A DNA stretch of 64,000 bases from an uncultured Gammaproteobacteria bacterium (GTDB taxonomy: Bacteria; Patescibacteriota; Microgenomatia; Daviesbacterales; UBA10151). The translations under genes were made by a program, and so were the position numbers. Positions 20,706 to 30,114 of the stretch are shown here, one piece after another; within the stretch, counting starts at the first letter, position 1, and every line of letters starts with the position of its first letter. The stretch lies in NCBI GenBank assembly GCA_964392925.1, contig CAYMRP010000001.1, positions 51,945-115,944 of the forward strand. The letters are read 5' to 3'. The notes under the pieces are model-generated. The model was given only the letters and a program-made list of their open reading frames with translations. It did not search any database and had not been told where the DNA came from.

Positions 20706-21785
20706 TTATATCCTGCTATCTAAAACAGATTTTCGAATTGCATCAAACTCCTTATAATACTTTGAACTAGGAGTATCAATTGGACCTATTAGTCCTTGCT
20801 TGTCTTTTGATAACAAGTACTTAGCGTGAAGCAGAATTAAAGTGTCATATATTATTGTTGGGGCGTTTCTTAAACCGCGGTAAATTTTATTTGTTAGATA
20901 TTCCTGGTTAGAATTCTTTAAGTACGTAACCATTGCCTGATCAATGCACACTTGAGCATCCTTCTTAGATATATCCTCGTGTCTTTGCAAATTATTCACG
21001 ACACTGTCTCTAAATTTTTGGTATTCACTCTCATACTTTCCAGTATTGATCCCATCTTGAAAAGTTGCATAGTTACTAGCCACTCGGGAAAAATATTGCC
21101 GGCCGCCGTAAAAAGTATTCAGATACTTTATCTTTCCAAAAGTAGAAATTAGTATATCTGGTAAAAGTTCTCCAAACATTAAAAGTAAATAAGGATCAAA
21201 TTTTACTTTCTGAAATTCTGCATAACTTTTTTTAACATCACTCGTTCTTCTTACGGCCCATGTTGTTAAATTAAAATTTTCTAAATGATCTTTTACTCTT
21301 CTCGAAGCCTTTGTCTCAGAAATAGTATGATTGCTGTAACGGAAGTTCCACCAAAATTCCCTATAATCAAATAATCCTTTAAAAAGATGAAAGCCTATGT
21401 AGCCGCCGTGGGCTGCACTGTAATCAGGATTCTTCTCAAGAAATCTCACACAATCAAGTATTCCGGTTGGGGTGATAAAGTCATCATCCGGACAGAATAC
21501 TGAATACTTATTATTTAAATATTTAACCATCTGAGAAAATTTAATGTGCTGGGTTAGTTTTGAAGAGAAATTAGTAATGTGTGTGATATTCAGATTGGGG
21601 TAATTATTGATTATCTGTTTATTCTTTTTCTTATTAGTCACGGTGCTTGAATCGGTTACTACAATGTGGCATTTTACTTTTCGATAATTATAAAAACTTA
21701 ATATTCTATTTAGAAAATCTATTCGGTTATGGGTGGGTATTACGATGTCAACGATAGAAGTTAAATCTGTAGCATTATTATTCAT
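20706..21785 (-). CDS. GT2-related glycosyltransferase (TIGR04440-like)
   Basis: IVIPTHNR..FL.R, VTDSS, FCPDDDF, FLEKNPDY...HG; ATG 21785 preferred over the track's 21812. Confidence 0.75.
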   Translation of the reverse strand: MNNNATDLTSIVDIVIPTHNRIDFLNRILSFYNYRKVKCHIVVTDSSTVTNKKKNKQIINNYPNLNITHITNFSSKLTQHIKFSQMVKYLNNKYSVFCPDDDFITPTGILDCVRFLEKNPDYSAAHGGYIGFHLFKGLFDYREFWWNFRYSNHTISETKASRRVKDHLENFNLTTWAVRRTSDVKKSYAEFQKVKFDPYLLLMFGELLPDILISTFGKIKYLNTFYGGRQYFSRVASNYATFQDGINTGKYESEYQKFRDSVVNNLQRHEDISKKDAQVCIDQAMVTYLKNSNQEYLTNKIYRGLRNAPTIIYDTLILLHAKYLLSKDKQGLIGPIDTPSSKYYKEFDAIRKSVLDSRI

Positions 21786-22752
21786 ATTTATACCGCTCCT
21801 TAAAATACTCAAAATAATTCCTGACTGTTTCCTTCAGTTCAAATTCTGGCTCCCAACCTAACTTTCGCAATTTCTCAGCCGAGAAGCGGAAATAATTTGA
21901 CTTTTCTTCATTTTGAGAAATAATTTTATATTCCTCAGGTTTAAGTTCAGCAGTCTCAAGAAAGACTTTAATCAAACTGGCCACAGTCTCTGGTGAACCT
22001 GAACTTAAATGATAGATCTCTTTATTCTTTCCCCTTTCAACTAGTGCTAATAAAGCCCTAGCTGCATCCCGAACATCTACAATATCTACCTCACCCATTT
22101 TATTCCCAATCTGTATTGTTCTCTTAGTTTCATCATGAACTGCCGATATTACTTCTTTAGCAATAAAGTATTCTACGACACCAGGAATTTTACCCGGTCC
22201 AGTTATTTGTGTAGGCCGGACAATTATATACTCAAGATTATTCTCTGCCGCTAATATTTTCTCCTGTTCAATTCTGCTGGATCTGTAAGGCTGTTCTAGA
22301 GTATCTACCAATGGAAGTTTATCAACTCCCATTTCGGTTACAAAATCCTTTGAAGATAATCTGTCATATACAATACAACCGCTAACCAAAATAAACCGCG
22401 GCAGATTACTTAATGTTTTTACAGCAGATAACGTATTTTTGATAATTGCTGTATTCTCATCGAAGACTTTCTTATTAGTTACATTGCTATCCTGACTTCC
22501 TAAAACTCTTCCTGCTAAATGTATCGCAATATCAGGCTTGAAATCTAAAATAGCCTTTTTAATCTCGTGGGGTTCAATTAAATCTAAGAAGTAGGATTTA
22601 ATAATTCCGTTCTCGCAAAGTTTTTTTATTTCAGATGGTGTAGATGTGTGAAGGGTGCCCCCAACTTCGTAGCCTTCTTCAATGGCTTTGCTTGCCAAGA
22701 ATCTTCCTAGCATTCCACCCATGCCAGTAATAAAAAGTCTCCCTTTACTCAT
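21778..22752 (-). CDS. Extended SDR NDP-sugar reductase/epimerase (Rmd-like) with an atypical YxxxR motif
   Basis: ITGMGGMLG, IHLAG, YRSSR, VRP..ITGPG, DIVDVRD, LGWEP. Confidence 0.75.
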   Translation of the reverse strand: MSKGRLFITGMGGMLGRFLASKAIEEGYEVGGTLHTSTPSEIKKLCENGIIKSYFLDLIEPHEIKKAILDFKPDIAIHLAGRVLGSQDSNVTNKKVFDENTAIIKNTLSAVKTLSNLPRFILVSGCIVYDRLSSKDFVTEMGVDKLPLVDTLEQPYRSSRIEQEKILAAENNLEYIIVRPTQITGPGKIPGVVEYFIAKEVISAVHDETKRTIQIGNKMGEVDIVDVRDAARALLALVERGKNKEIYHLSSGSPETVASLIKVFLETAELKPEEYKIISQNEEKSNYFRFSAEKLRKLGWEPEFELKETVRNYFEYFKERYKYE

Positions 22753-23969
22753 CAGAGTATTTCTTCAGGATTATTAGGTAAGGGGATAATATATTTTCCC
22801 TGATAGTTATATTGCTTCTTTAAAAATTCAATTATTTCATCTTTAAAATTCCAGGCTAAGATTATTACGGTGTCCGTTTTTCTTCGCATTACTTTTTCAG
22901 CACTTTCAATCAGTATATGAGTTCCTGCTGTATACTTCTCCTGCTTTAACGGATTCTGATCTATAATCACAGAGATTTCTTTAGGACCAATTTGACAATA
23001 GTTAAGAAGCGTTGAACTTCTTGCGGAGGCCCCATACCCAACAACTCGGCCTTTGCTTTTTGATATTAAATCAATTAATAGTTTTTTATGTTCAACAACT
23101 TTTATAGAAAATTCCTGCCAGCTTTTAAGTTCATTAATTTTAATCTTCTCCTCATTATCTCTATACTTTTGGACTATCGGCAATTCTTTAATCTCACCTT
23201 TTCTTGCATAAATTACCAGTGATCCACCACTAATCGGACTAGTCTTGATGTCTTCTATAAACATCCCATTATTATTCAGAAGAGTCTCAAAACTTTTCAC
23301 CGTGAAGTAACATAAATGCTCATGATAGACCGAATCATAATGGAGCTCTTCGTATATTTTTTTAGCATAATGAACTTCCAAAGCCAGCAACCCTTCATCT
23401 TCTAAAACAACCGACATACCTTTTACAAAATCATGCAGGTTGGCAACATGCGGCATAACATTCCGGGCTATAAAAACTTTTGCCGGCCCATACTTCTTTT
23501 TAATTTTACGTGCTTCTTTAGTTCCAAAGAATTCGGCTCTGGTTGGAATTCCTTCTGAATCAGCCTGTTCAGCAATATTTTTTGCCGGGTCAACACCCAA
23601 CACTTTATATCCTTTTTTTAGAAACGGAATTAAGAAGGTCCCATCGTTACTTGCAGCTTCAAGAACATATCCTTTTTTTAAATCCTTAACTTTTGTAATT
23701 ATATTTTTAGCAAAAACTTCTGCATGATTTTTAGCTGTTGAGGATGTCGCAGTCACCCACACATAACTTTTAAATAGTTCTTCGGGGTCTGCGGTGTGAT
23801 TAAGTTGAACCAATGAGCATTTTACGCAAAAACTAAGCGATAGTGGATAAAATTTTTCTTTCTGAGTAGGGGAATCAAGTAGCGAATTAGCTAATGGTTG
23901 TTTTCCTAAGTCTAAAAATTCTACTAATTTTTTACTTTTACATACCCGGCACTGATCAATTCTTTTCAT
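22752..23969 (-). CDS. NDP-sugar C-methyltransferase
   Basis: CRVC..LDLG.QPLAN, C..CSLVQL, SNDG, NVMPHV, YHEH..YF, GYGAS, IILAWN, IIPLP. Confidence 0.9.
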   Translation of the reverse strand: MKRIDQCRVCKSKKLVEFLDLGKQPLANSLLDSPTQKEKFYPLSLSFCVKCSLVQLNHTADPEELFKSYVWVTATSSTAKNHAEVFAKNIITKVKDLKKGYVLEAASNDGTFLIPFLKKGYKVLGVDPAKNIAEQADSEGIPTRAEFFGTKEARKIKKKYGPAKVFIARNVMPHVANLHDFVKGMSVVLEDEGLLALEVHYAKKIYEELHYDSVYHEHLCYFTVKSFETLLNNNGMFIEDIKTSPISGGSLVIYARKGEIKELPIVQKYRDNEEKIKINELKSWQEFSIKVVEHKKLLIDLISKSKGRVVGYGASARSSTLLNYCQIGPKEISVIIDQNPLKQEKYTAGTHILIESAEKVMRRKTDTVIILAWNFKDEIIEFLKKQYNYQGKYIIPLPNNPEEIL

Positions 23970-24034
23970 TTTAAAAACGAAATCTTTCTATCAAATATAG
24001 AAAAAGTATTTCCTCTTTTTCTTTCAGAAATATA

Positions 24035-25252
24035 TCACTTAGTTAATGAATATACAATCTTCAAGAGATTATTATTTGGATTAACTAAAATGGTTCTAAC
24101 CCCGGCCGCCATCCCTGCCTTTTCGTCTCTTTCGTCATCACCAATAAACACTGACTTTGTTAAATCAAATTGGTTTTCATCAGCTGCCCGATATAAAAGC
24201 CCTGGTTTTGGTTTGCGGCAAACGCACCCCTCATCCCAACCATGGGGACACCAGTAGATTCCTGATATATTCGCTCCAGCATTTTTTAGTTCGCGAAGCA
24301 TTCGCTTATGAATATCCTCTAAATCCTTAGTACTCATCATCCCTCGGGCAATTCCTGCCTGATTAGTAATGATAAAAATCTTATATTTGGCTAAAGTTAA
24401 CAATCTGATTGCTTCGATTGATCCAGTTAGAAATTCAAATTCACTCCATTTCTTTATGTAATCTGCCTTACTAGCTTTTTTATTAATCACCCCGTCCCTA
24501 TCAAGAAAAATAACTTTCTTACTCCTTAAAAATTTCGCAGTTTTCTTAACTCTCTCCATATCTCCGATACTGTAATACTTGTGATTTGTCAAAAATCCCG
24601 CCAGATTTTTCTTCCTAATCAGAGATGGAAAAACAATATCTTCAAATTTACAATTCTCCTTTGGTAAAAGACTTAAAACTTTCTTTTTAACAATCATAAA
24701 ACCGATATCAACGCCGTTCAATTCTTTCTCAGTTCTGGATTTATCATAATTTTTAATAAAACCATTTTGATCAACGAGAGTATTATTCTTAGTCGAATTA
24801 TCTCTATTAGTATAAACAGTTACTAAAGTATCAACCTCTGTTTTTGAAAATAATTGCTGAAGCTTGGCTAAGTTTAGAGGCCAGTAATTATCGCAGTACA
24901 ACAAAAGAAATTGATCTTCGAGTAATTCATGAGCATTCAATATTCTTATTCCACTCTTAATTTCCTCACCGGAATAATCTTTAAATGGGGTGTAGGAATA
25001 CTTTATCTTTATCCCAAAATCCCGGCCATCTTTAAAATGTTTACTAATTTTATCTCCCAAATATCCAGTCAATATAACCACCTCTTTGATACCGTTTAAT
25101 TTTAAAAGATTAAGTAAGTGTTCCAAAAAAGGCTTACCATTTACCAAAATCATTGGCTTGGGATTTTTATTCGTGAACGGTCTTAAGCGGGTACCTGCAC
25201 CGCCAGCAAAAATGACAGCTTGAGTTATTTTTGAAGAATTCAACTTTTCCAA
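24035..25252 (-). CDS. gmhB: Fused sugar-1-phosphate nucleotidyltransferase (HddC-like) and heptose-bisphosphate phosphatase (GmhB)
   Basis: N-terminal AGGAGTRLRP..PKPM; C-terminal FLDRDGVIN, TNQAGIARG, CPH..C.CRKPKPG, IGD. Confidence 0.88.
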   Translation of the reverse strand: MEKLNSSKITQAVIFAGGAGTRLRPFTNKNPKPMILVNGKPFLEHLLNLLKLNGIKEVVILTGYLGDKISKHFKDGRDFGIKIKYSYTPFKDYSGEEIKSGIRILNAHELLEDQFLLLYCDNYWPLNLAKLQQLFSKTEVDTLVTVYTNRDNSTKNNTLVDQNGFIKNYDKSRTEKELNGVDIGFMIVKKKVLSLLPKENCKFEDIVFPSLIRKKNLAGFLTNHKYYSIGDMERVKKTAKFLRSKKVIFLDRDGVINKKASKADYIKKWSEFEFLTGSIEAIRLLTLAKYKIFIITNQAGIARGMMSTKDLEDIHKRMLRELKNAGANISGIYWCPHGWDEGCVCRKPKPGLLYRAADENQFDLTKSVFIGDDERDEKAGMAAGVRTILVNPNNNLLKIVYSLTK

Positions 25253-26277
25253 AACAATTTATTGTCCAATCTTTTGTTATCAAGCAGATACTTTAGTCTT
25301 GGCAGCCGGTTACATTTTTGACCCCGGAAATCTTCCTCACTAAGTTCTATTTTCTTGAAAAAGTTCACTAATTCCTTACCGCCTCGATCTAAGTCCCACT
25401 CAGGTTTAAAATAGTCTTTTAGCACTGTAAGTATTTTATTAAAAGATACTTTATAAGTCCTGGCATCCTTACCATGTTCTCCTGTAAAAACTAATTTACT
25501 TCCGGGAACTGCTCTTTGCGCGGCTTCAGCTAAATCTTTTACTGTAAAATTACCATTTGGAATTCCCACATTAAATGATTCGCCCGCGACCAATTCTTTA
25601 GGGGATTCAAGACCCGCAACATAAGCGCTGCAAACATCCCTAACATGCACCACCGGTCTCCATGGAGTTCCGTCACTTTTAATTTCAATTTGTTTAGCCG
25701 TAAATGCACAGGCGACCAAATTATTAAAAACAATATCACATCTTAATTTTGGGCTAACTCCAAAAACGGTCGATGGCCTAAAGCAGACTACAATAAACTC
25801 ATCATTAGCTAATTTTTTAAGTTCCTGTTCAGCTTTCCATTTTGTCTTAGCATATGCTGTGATAGCTTTCTTTTTACTATTGTCCTCATCAAGTTCTTCT
25901 TCAGAATCTGAAACCCCGTACATACTTTGTGATGAAGAGTATATAAATCTTTTAACGCCCGACTTTTTTGCCAGTTTTGCTAATATGATTGTAGCTTTGT
26001 AGTTAATATCTTCCGTTAGAGAAGGATCAAATTCTCCTAGCGGATCATTAGAAAGTGCTGCCAGATGAATTACACTGTCAATTCCCTCTAAATCCGAAAT
26101 ATCAACGTTCCTGATATCTTTGCTAATTTGTTTAACTAATAATTTACCATCATTATCTGGAGAGATTCCTTCGTAGTAACCAGTATCAAGTCCAACAACC
26201 TCATATTTCTTAGAGGCCAAAACTTCAGTCAACACACTTCCTATATATCCTTGATTACCGGTAACGAGAATTCTCAT
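25240..26277 (-). CDS. NAD-dependent NDP-sugar epimerase/dehydratase (extended SDR)
   Basis: VTGNQGYIG, HLAALSNDPLG, YAKTK, DGTPWRP.VHVRD; ATG 26277 avoids a long overlap with gmhA (track start 26340). Confidence 0.85.
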   Translation of the reverse strand: MRILVTGNQGYIGSVLTEVLASKKYEVVGLDTGYYEGISPDNDGKLLVKQISKDIRNVDISDLEGIDSVIHLAALSNDPLGEFDPSLTEDINYKATIILAKLAKKSGVKRFIYSSSQSMYGVSDSEEELDEDNSKKKAITAYAKTKWKAEQELKKLANDEFIVVCFRPSTVFGVSPKLRCDIVFNNLVACAFTAKQIEIKSDGTPWRPVVHVRDVCSAYVAGLESPKELVAGESFNVGIPNGNFTVKDLAEAAQRAVPGSKLVFTGEHGKDARTYKVSFNKILTVLKDYFKPEWDLDRGGKELVNFFKKIELSEEDFRGQKCNRLPRLKYLLDNKRLDNKLFWKS

Positions 26278-26281
26278 ATTT

Positions 26282-26911
26282 CTAAGCCTGTTTCTTCTGT
26301 CGTTTTTTAGCTGAATTACTTTGTTTTTCAATATAATCAAAAGAATTTTTAAAATAAAGAGTCATCATATGCAGTATAACAGAGTGAATTCCTTCGACCA
26401 ATTCATAAGCCCCTTTTTCAGATTTAACTAAAACTTTTGCATCCGCTAGTTTATTTAACATTCCACCATCAAATCCTGTAACTCCAATAACTGATGCTTT
26501 AAACTCAAGCGCTAACTCAACCGCTTTTATAACATTAGGAGAATTACCTGATGAAGAAATTGCGATAATTGTATCTCCTTCGCGGATATAATTTCTTAAC
26601 GGGCCTGCAAAAATCATATCAAACCCCACATCATTAGCCCATGCCGTAATCTCTGATTCCGTTGTAGGCAGTCTGATTGCCTGAAATCGTCTGATGTTCT
26701 TATCTAAGTGACCGCTAAATACAGTTTTATTAAAATCAGCCACCCAATGAGTTGCCATAGCCAGTGATCCTCCGTTCCCAAAAACATAAATTCTGCCATC
26801 CCTCTCATAAGTTGCCTGAAGAATATTTATCGCCTTTGCGATTTCTTTAACCGGCAAATTCTCAATAAGTTTTGTGCTCTTTTTAATATATCCGTTAATA
26901 AATTTATCCAT
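26282..26911 (-). CDS. gmhA: SIS-domain phosphoheptose isomerase (GmhA-like, divergent)
   Basis: GNGGS...H, TAWAND.G, AISSSGNSPNV, TGFDGG. Confidence 0.8.
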   Translation of the reverse strand: MDKFINGYIKKSTKLIENLPVKEIAKAINILQATYERDGRIYVFGNGGSLAMATHWVADFNKTVFSGHLDKNIRRFQAIRLPTTESEITAWANDVGFDMIFAGPLRNYIREGDTIIAISSSGNSPNVIKAVELALEFKASVIGVTGFDGGMLNKLADAKVLVKSEKGAYELVEGIHSVILHMMTLYFKNSFDYIEKQSNSAKKRQKKQA

Positions 26912-26920
26912 ACGAAGGCC

Positions 26921-27928
26921 TCAATTAAAACAAGTGTTAGAAACAATTTCAACACCGCTGTGGACAAACTTCACAGGTACTTCTTTGAAATCCCTGAGTT
27001 TTAACTCTTCGGCCTTTTTATTTAAAGATTCTCGTACTTGCTCTTTCTTATTTCGGGGGACAAGAAACATTACACATCCGCCGCCGCCAGCTCCTAATAT
27101 TTTTCCACCCCAAGCTCCGTTTTTAATTCCTGTAGCATAAAGTTTATCAATTACCTCATTTGAAATTTTTGATGCCAGTTTCTTTTTAATTAACCAACTT
27201 TCATGTAGTAATTCTCCCATCGCCCGGAAATTTCCTTTAACTAATTTTCTTTGGAATGAATCCACTAACTTTACTAAAGAGTTCAATGATTTTATATTGC
27301 CGGCACTGTTAGCTTTCTGTTCAGTCAGTACGCTTTTTGCAGTTCTGGTTATTCCGGTGAAAAATACCAGCATACTGTTTTCCATATCCAGCCGGGTTTT
27401 ATAATCTAAAAGAATTGGCTCTGTCTCAACACTGCCATCAGGATTGAATGTGAAAGTGTTAAATCCTCCGAGAGCCGCCGCATATTGGTCTTGTTTGCCG
27501 ATCGGTTCTTTTAAAGTTTCAATTTCTATTTCACAGGCAATTTGAGCAATCTCTTTCTTATCAAGCCGTTTACCTGCATAAGTTGATAGACCCTTTATCA
27601 ATGACACAGTAAATGCTGACGATCCTCCAAGTCCAGTTCCAACCGGCATATGTGAGAATATTCCTATTTCTAAATTTTCTTCAACTCCAAACTTAAGCAT
27701 CACCTCTCGAATCCGGTCATTCTTCAAATCTTTAACTTTAGATACTGTCTCAATACTGGAATATCTGGCAGTGATACCTTTTAGTAAGGGAGCCGGGTTA
27801 ATTGCGGCCAAAACATATTTATCTATCGTCGCCGAAATTACTTTTCCAGGTGAATTTTTATAATAATCAGGTAAATCAGTTCCTCCTCCGACAAAACTAA
27901 TTCTCAGCGGTGCTTTAACAATTATCAT
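26921..27928 (-). CDS. hddA: GHMP kinase, D-glycero-alpha-D-manno-heptose-7-phosphate kinase-like
   Basis: APLRISFVGGGTD, P.GTGLGGSS, GKQDQY, GGKILGAGGGG. Confidence 0.85.
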   Translation of the reverse strand: MIIVKAPLRISFVGGGTDLPDYYKNSPGKVISATIDKYVLAAINPAPLLKGITARYSSIETVSKVKDLKNDRIREVMLKFGVEENLEIGIFSHMPVGTGLGGSSAFTVSLIKGLSTYAGKRLDKKEIAQIACEIEIETLKEPIGKQDQYAAALGGFNTFTFNPDGSVETEPILLDYKTRLDMENSMLVFFTGITRTAKSVLTEQKANSAGNIKSLNSLVKLVDSFQRKLVKGNFRAMGELLHESWLIKKKLASKISNEVIDKLYATGIKNGAWGGKILGAGGGGCVMFLVPRNKKEQVRESLNKKAEELKLRDFKEVPVKFVHSGVEIVSNTCFN

Positions 27929-28938
27929 TACAAATTCTTATAGCCTTTTTTCATAACATAATCAACTGTTCTCTCAAGTCCCTTTTTAATTTTAACTATG
28001 GGTGCCCAACCTAGTAATTCTTTCGCCTTACTAATATCTGCATGAGTAAATTTATTAACCTCATTTGTTAGTAGCTGAGTATTAAATTTATACTTACCCT
28101 CAAATTGCCTTGGAAACTTTTCCCAGTGCATTTTTGGATCTCTAAATATTGGTTTAATTTTCTGCAATTTCAAAATCTCCGCAAGCAAATCGTAAATACC
28201 CTGAACTGAAATAATTTCCCCAGAACCTACATTAAAAGTTTGATTCTTAGATTTAGGATTGGTCATCACAATCTCACATAAACGAACAACATCATCAACA
28301 TAAACAAAATCTCTTGATTGTTTCCCATTTGAATGTAAAATAGGTTTCTCTTTTTTTAACAAACAGCCAATTAAATAACTAATTAAATAAGATGGTGGAC
28401 GGTAATCCATGTGCGGGCCATAAACATTAAAAAACCTAAAAATTGTTATATCCATTCCGTACATTTCTCTAAATGAATCACAAATTCCTTCAGCATCTTT
28501 TTTACTTCTGGCATAAATTAAAGTGGGATTAGCAGGCAAAGATTCCCTAAAAGGAGTATCAGTTTCTTTTTCATAAAGCGCAGCCGTAGATGAGAAAACA
28601 ATTTTCTTTACACCAGCTCTTCTAGCCATCTCCAAAACATTAGCTGTTCCGGCGGTATTAACGCTATACGCCTCTCCTGGATTATCATTACAGCCTGGCA
28701 AAGAAACGTACCCGGCGATATGAAAAACTACATCCACACCTTTCATCACATTCTCAAGTTTCAAATCTCGGATATCCATACAAACAAAATTCTTCAACAG
28801 TCTTTTGCTATCCATAAAATTATAAATATATCCGGAACTTAAATTATCAAGAATAATAACCTCATGATCTTTCTTGTCCAAATATAAAGCTAGTTGTGAC
28901 CCGATAAACCCAGCCCCGCCAGTAATCAAAATACGCAT
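27928..28938 (-). CDS. NAD-dependent NDP-sugar epimerase/dehydratase (GalE/WbpP-like)
   Basis: ITGGAGFIGS, YARSK, RFFNVYGP, QSRDFVYVDD. Confidence 0.88.
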   Translation of the reverse strand: MRILITGGAGFIGSQLALYLDKKDHEVIILDNLSSGYIYNFMDSKRLLKNFVCMDIRDLKLENVMKGVDVVFHIAGYVSLPGCNDNPGEAYSVNTAGTANVLEMARRAGVKKIVFSSTAALYEKETDTPFRESLPANPTLIYARSKKDAEGICDSFREMYGMDITIFRFFNVYGPHMDYRPPSYLISYLIGCLLKKEKPILHSNGKQSRDFVYVDDVVRLCEIVMTNPKSKNQTFNVGSGEIISVQGIYDLLAEILKLQKIKPIFRDPKMHWEKFPRQFEGKYKFNTQLLTNEVNKFTHADISKAKELLGWAPIVKIKKGLERTVDYVMKKGYKNL

Positions 28939-28949
28939 AAGCGACTACA

Positions 28950-28978
28950 ATACTATAGCTGAGCCTATCGCACGTCAA
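28950..28978 (-). promoter_or_regulatory. Sigma70-type promoter for the heptose/C-methyl operon (TTGACG-17-TAGTAT)
   Basis: Minus strand reads TTGACG tgcgataggctcagcta TAGTAT, ending 11 nt before ATG 28938. Confidence 0.6.
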
Positions 28979-29004
28979 CCCTTAATATAGGCGTTATTTT
29001 AATC

Positions 29005-29010
29005 TATACT
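29005..29010 (+). promoter_or_regulatory. -10 box TATACT 6 nt upstream of GTG 29017
   Basis: TATACT tagtag GTG; no room for a Shine-Dalgarno. Confidence 0.55.
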
Positions 29011-29016
29011 TAGTAG

Positions 29017-30114
29017 GTGATTAAGAATTATTTATTCCAAGCAGACCTTGTTAGAGCGCTCGCAATCCTGGCTGTCATCGGCATCCATCTCGTTATCCCC
29101 ATAACCCCCAGACCCGATTATTTTGGAGGTACAATCTGGTGGTTAGCATTTCTTTTAAACTGTCTTTTTAGAATAAGTGTTCCTCTATTTGTAATTCTAA
29201 GCGGCTATTTGGTATTAGGAAAACCCTCATCTATTCATGAAAATTTCAAACGTATTACCCAGCGGATTCTAATCCCATTAATCGCTTATTATATTATCTT
29301 CAATATTATTTATGCTTTAATGGCCTGGTTGAGATTTGAGCCCTATGATTACGCCGGAATTTTTCACAATCTCAGTAAAAACACTCACACCAGCTTATAC
29401 TTTCTTGTTGTCCTATTCTTTATTCAATTTTTAAATCCTCTATGGAATTTATTAACCGAACCAAAAAATGAAAAGGTACTAAAGTATACTTGTTACTTCT
29501 TCCTAGGTTTAGGTGCAGCTTCCTATATTTTTTATTATCTGAGTTTAAGAGAAGGGGAGGTCTTTAGCACATTTACCTATTGGATCATGTGGATAGGCTA
29601 TTATTTATACGGTTATCTGGTTAAATTAAAATCAACTATTCTTTCCAAAGCTGAAACTATCGTTTACTCATTAATATTCATCGCCAGTTTTATTTTTACT
29701 GCTTTTTTTGGCTATTTAACACTCTGGTTGTTTCATAATAACGTTAGTGATCTTTTCTATATTGGCGGACAAACTTATGCAGACTCCTATCTCAGCATCA
29801 GTGTGATGTTGATGTCATTAAGCGCTTTTAATTTACTAATGAGAGGTAGCTGGGTTCAAAAATTAGAAACCATCAGCTGGATAAAAAAACCAATCTCTTT
29901 TATTGCCGTATTGAGTTTTGCTCTCTATCTGAATCATCTTTTAGTTATTGATACGTTAAGTAAATTCTTCGGAATAAATCCCGACAGCCCTTCAATGCCA
30001 AGTCTGGCAATTTATCTAATCATCAGTACTATCCTAACCTTCCTAATAACAATACCTCTGGTATTGCTGATTCAAAAAACGCCTTATCTTAGAAAAATAG
30101 TTGGCCTTAAATGA
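29017..30114 (+). CDS. Acyltransferase-3 family membrane O-acyltransferase (WecH/OafA-like)
   Basis: DLVRALAILAVIGIH, RISVPLFVILSGYL, LYF, GY...GY, SFALYLNH. Confidence 0.88.
   Translation: MIKNYLFQADLVRALAILAVIGIHLVIPITPRPDYFGGTIWWLAFLLNCLFRISVPLFVILSGYLVLGKPSSIHENFKRITQRILIPLIAYYIIFNIIYALMAWLRFEPYDYAGIFHNLSKNTHTSLYFLVVLFFIQFLNPLWNLLTEPKNEKVLKYTCYFFLGLGAASYIFYYLSLREGEVFSTFTYWIMWIGYYLYGYLVKLKSTILSKAETIVYSLIFIASFIFTAFFGYLTLWLFHNNVSDLFYIGGQTYADSYLSISVMLMSLSAFNLLMRGSWVQKLETISWIKKPISFIAVLSFALYLNHLLVIDTLSKFFGINPDSPSMPSLAIYLIISTILTFLITIPLVLLIQKTPYLRKIVGLK

Noticed and set aside
23985-24003. Hairpin TTTCTAT-CAAAT-ATAGAAA as a terminator
   Set aside because: A 7-bp stem with one G-C pair is too weak to call
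24035-27928. LPS inner-core ADP-heptose synthesis
   Set aside because: The kinase is GHMP/HddA-type rather than HldE, and no lipid A, Kdo or waaC/waaF genes are present
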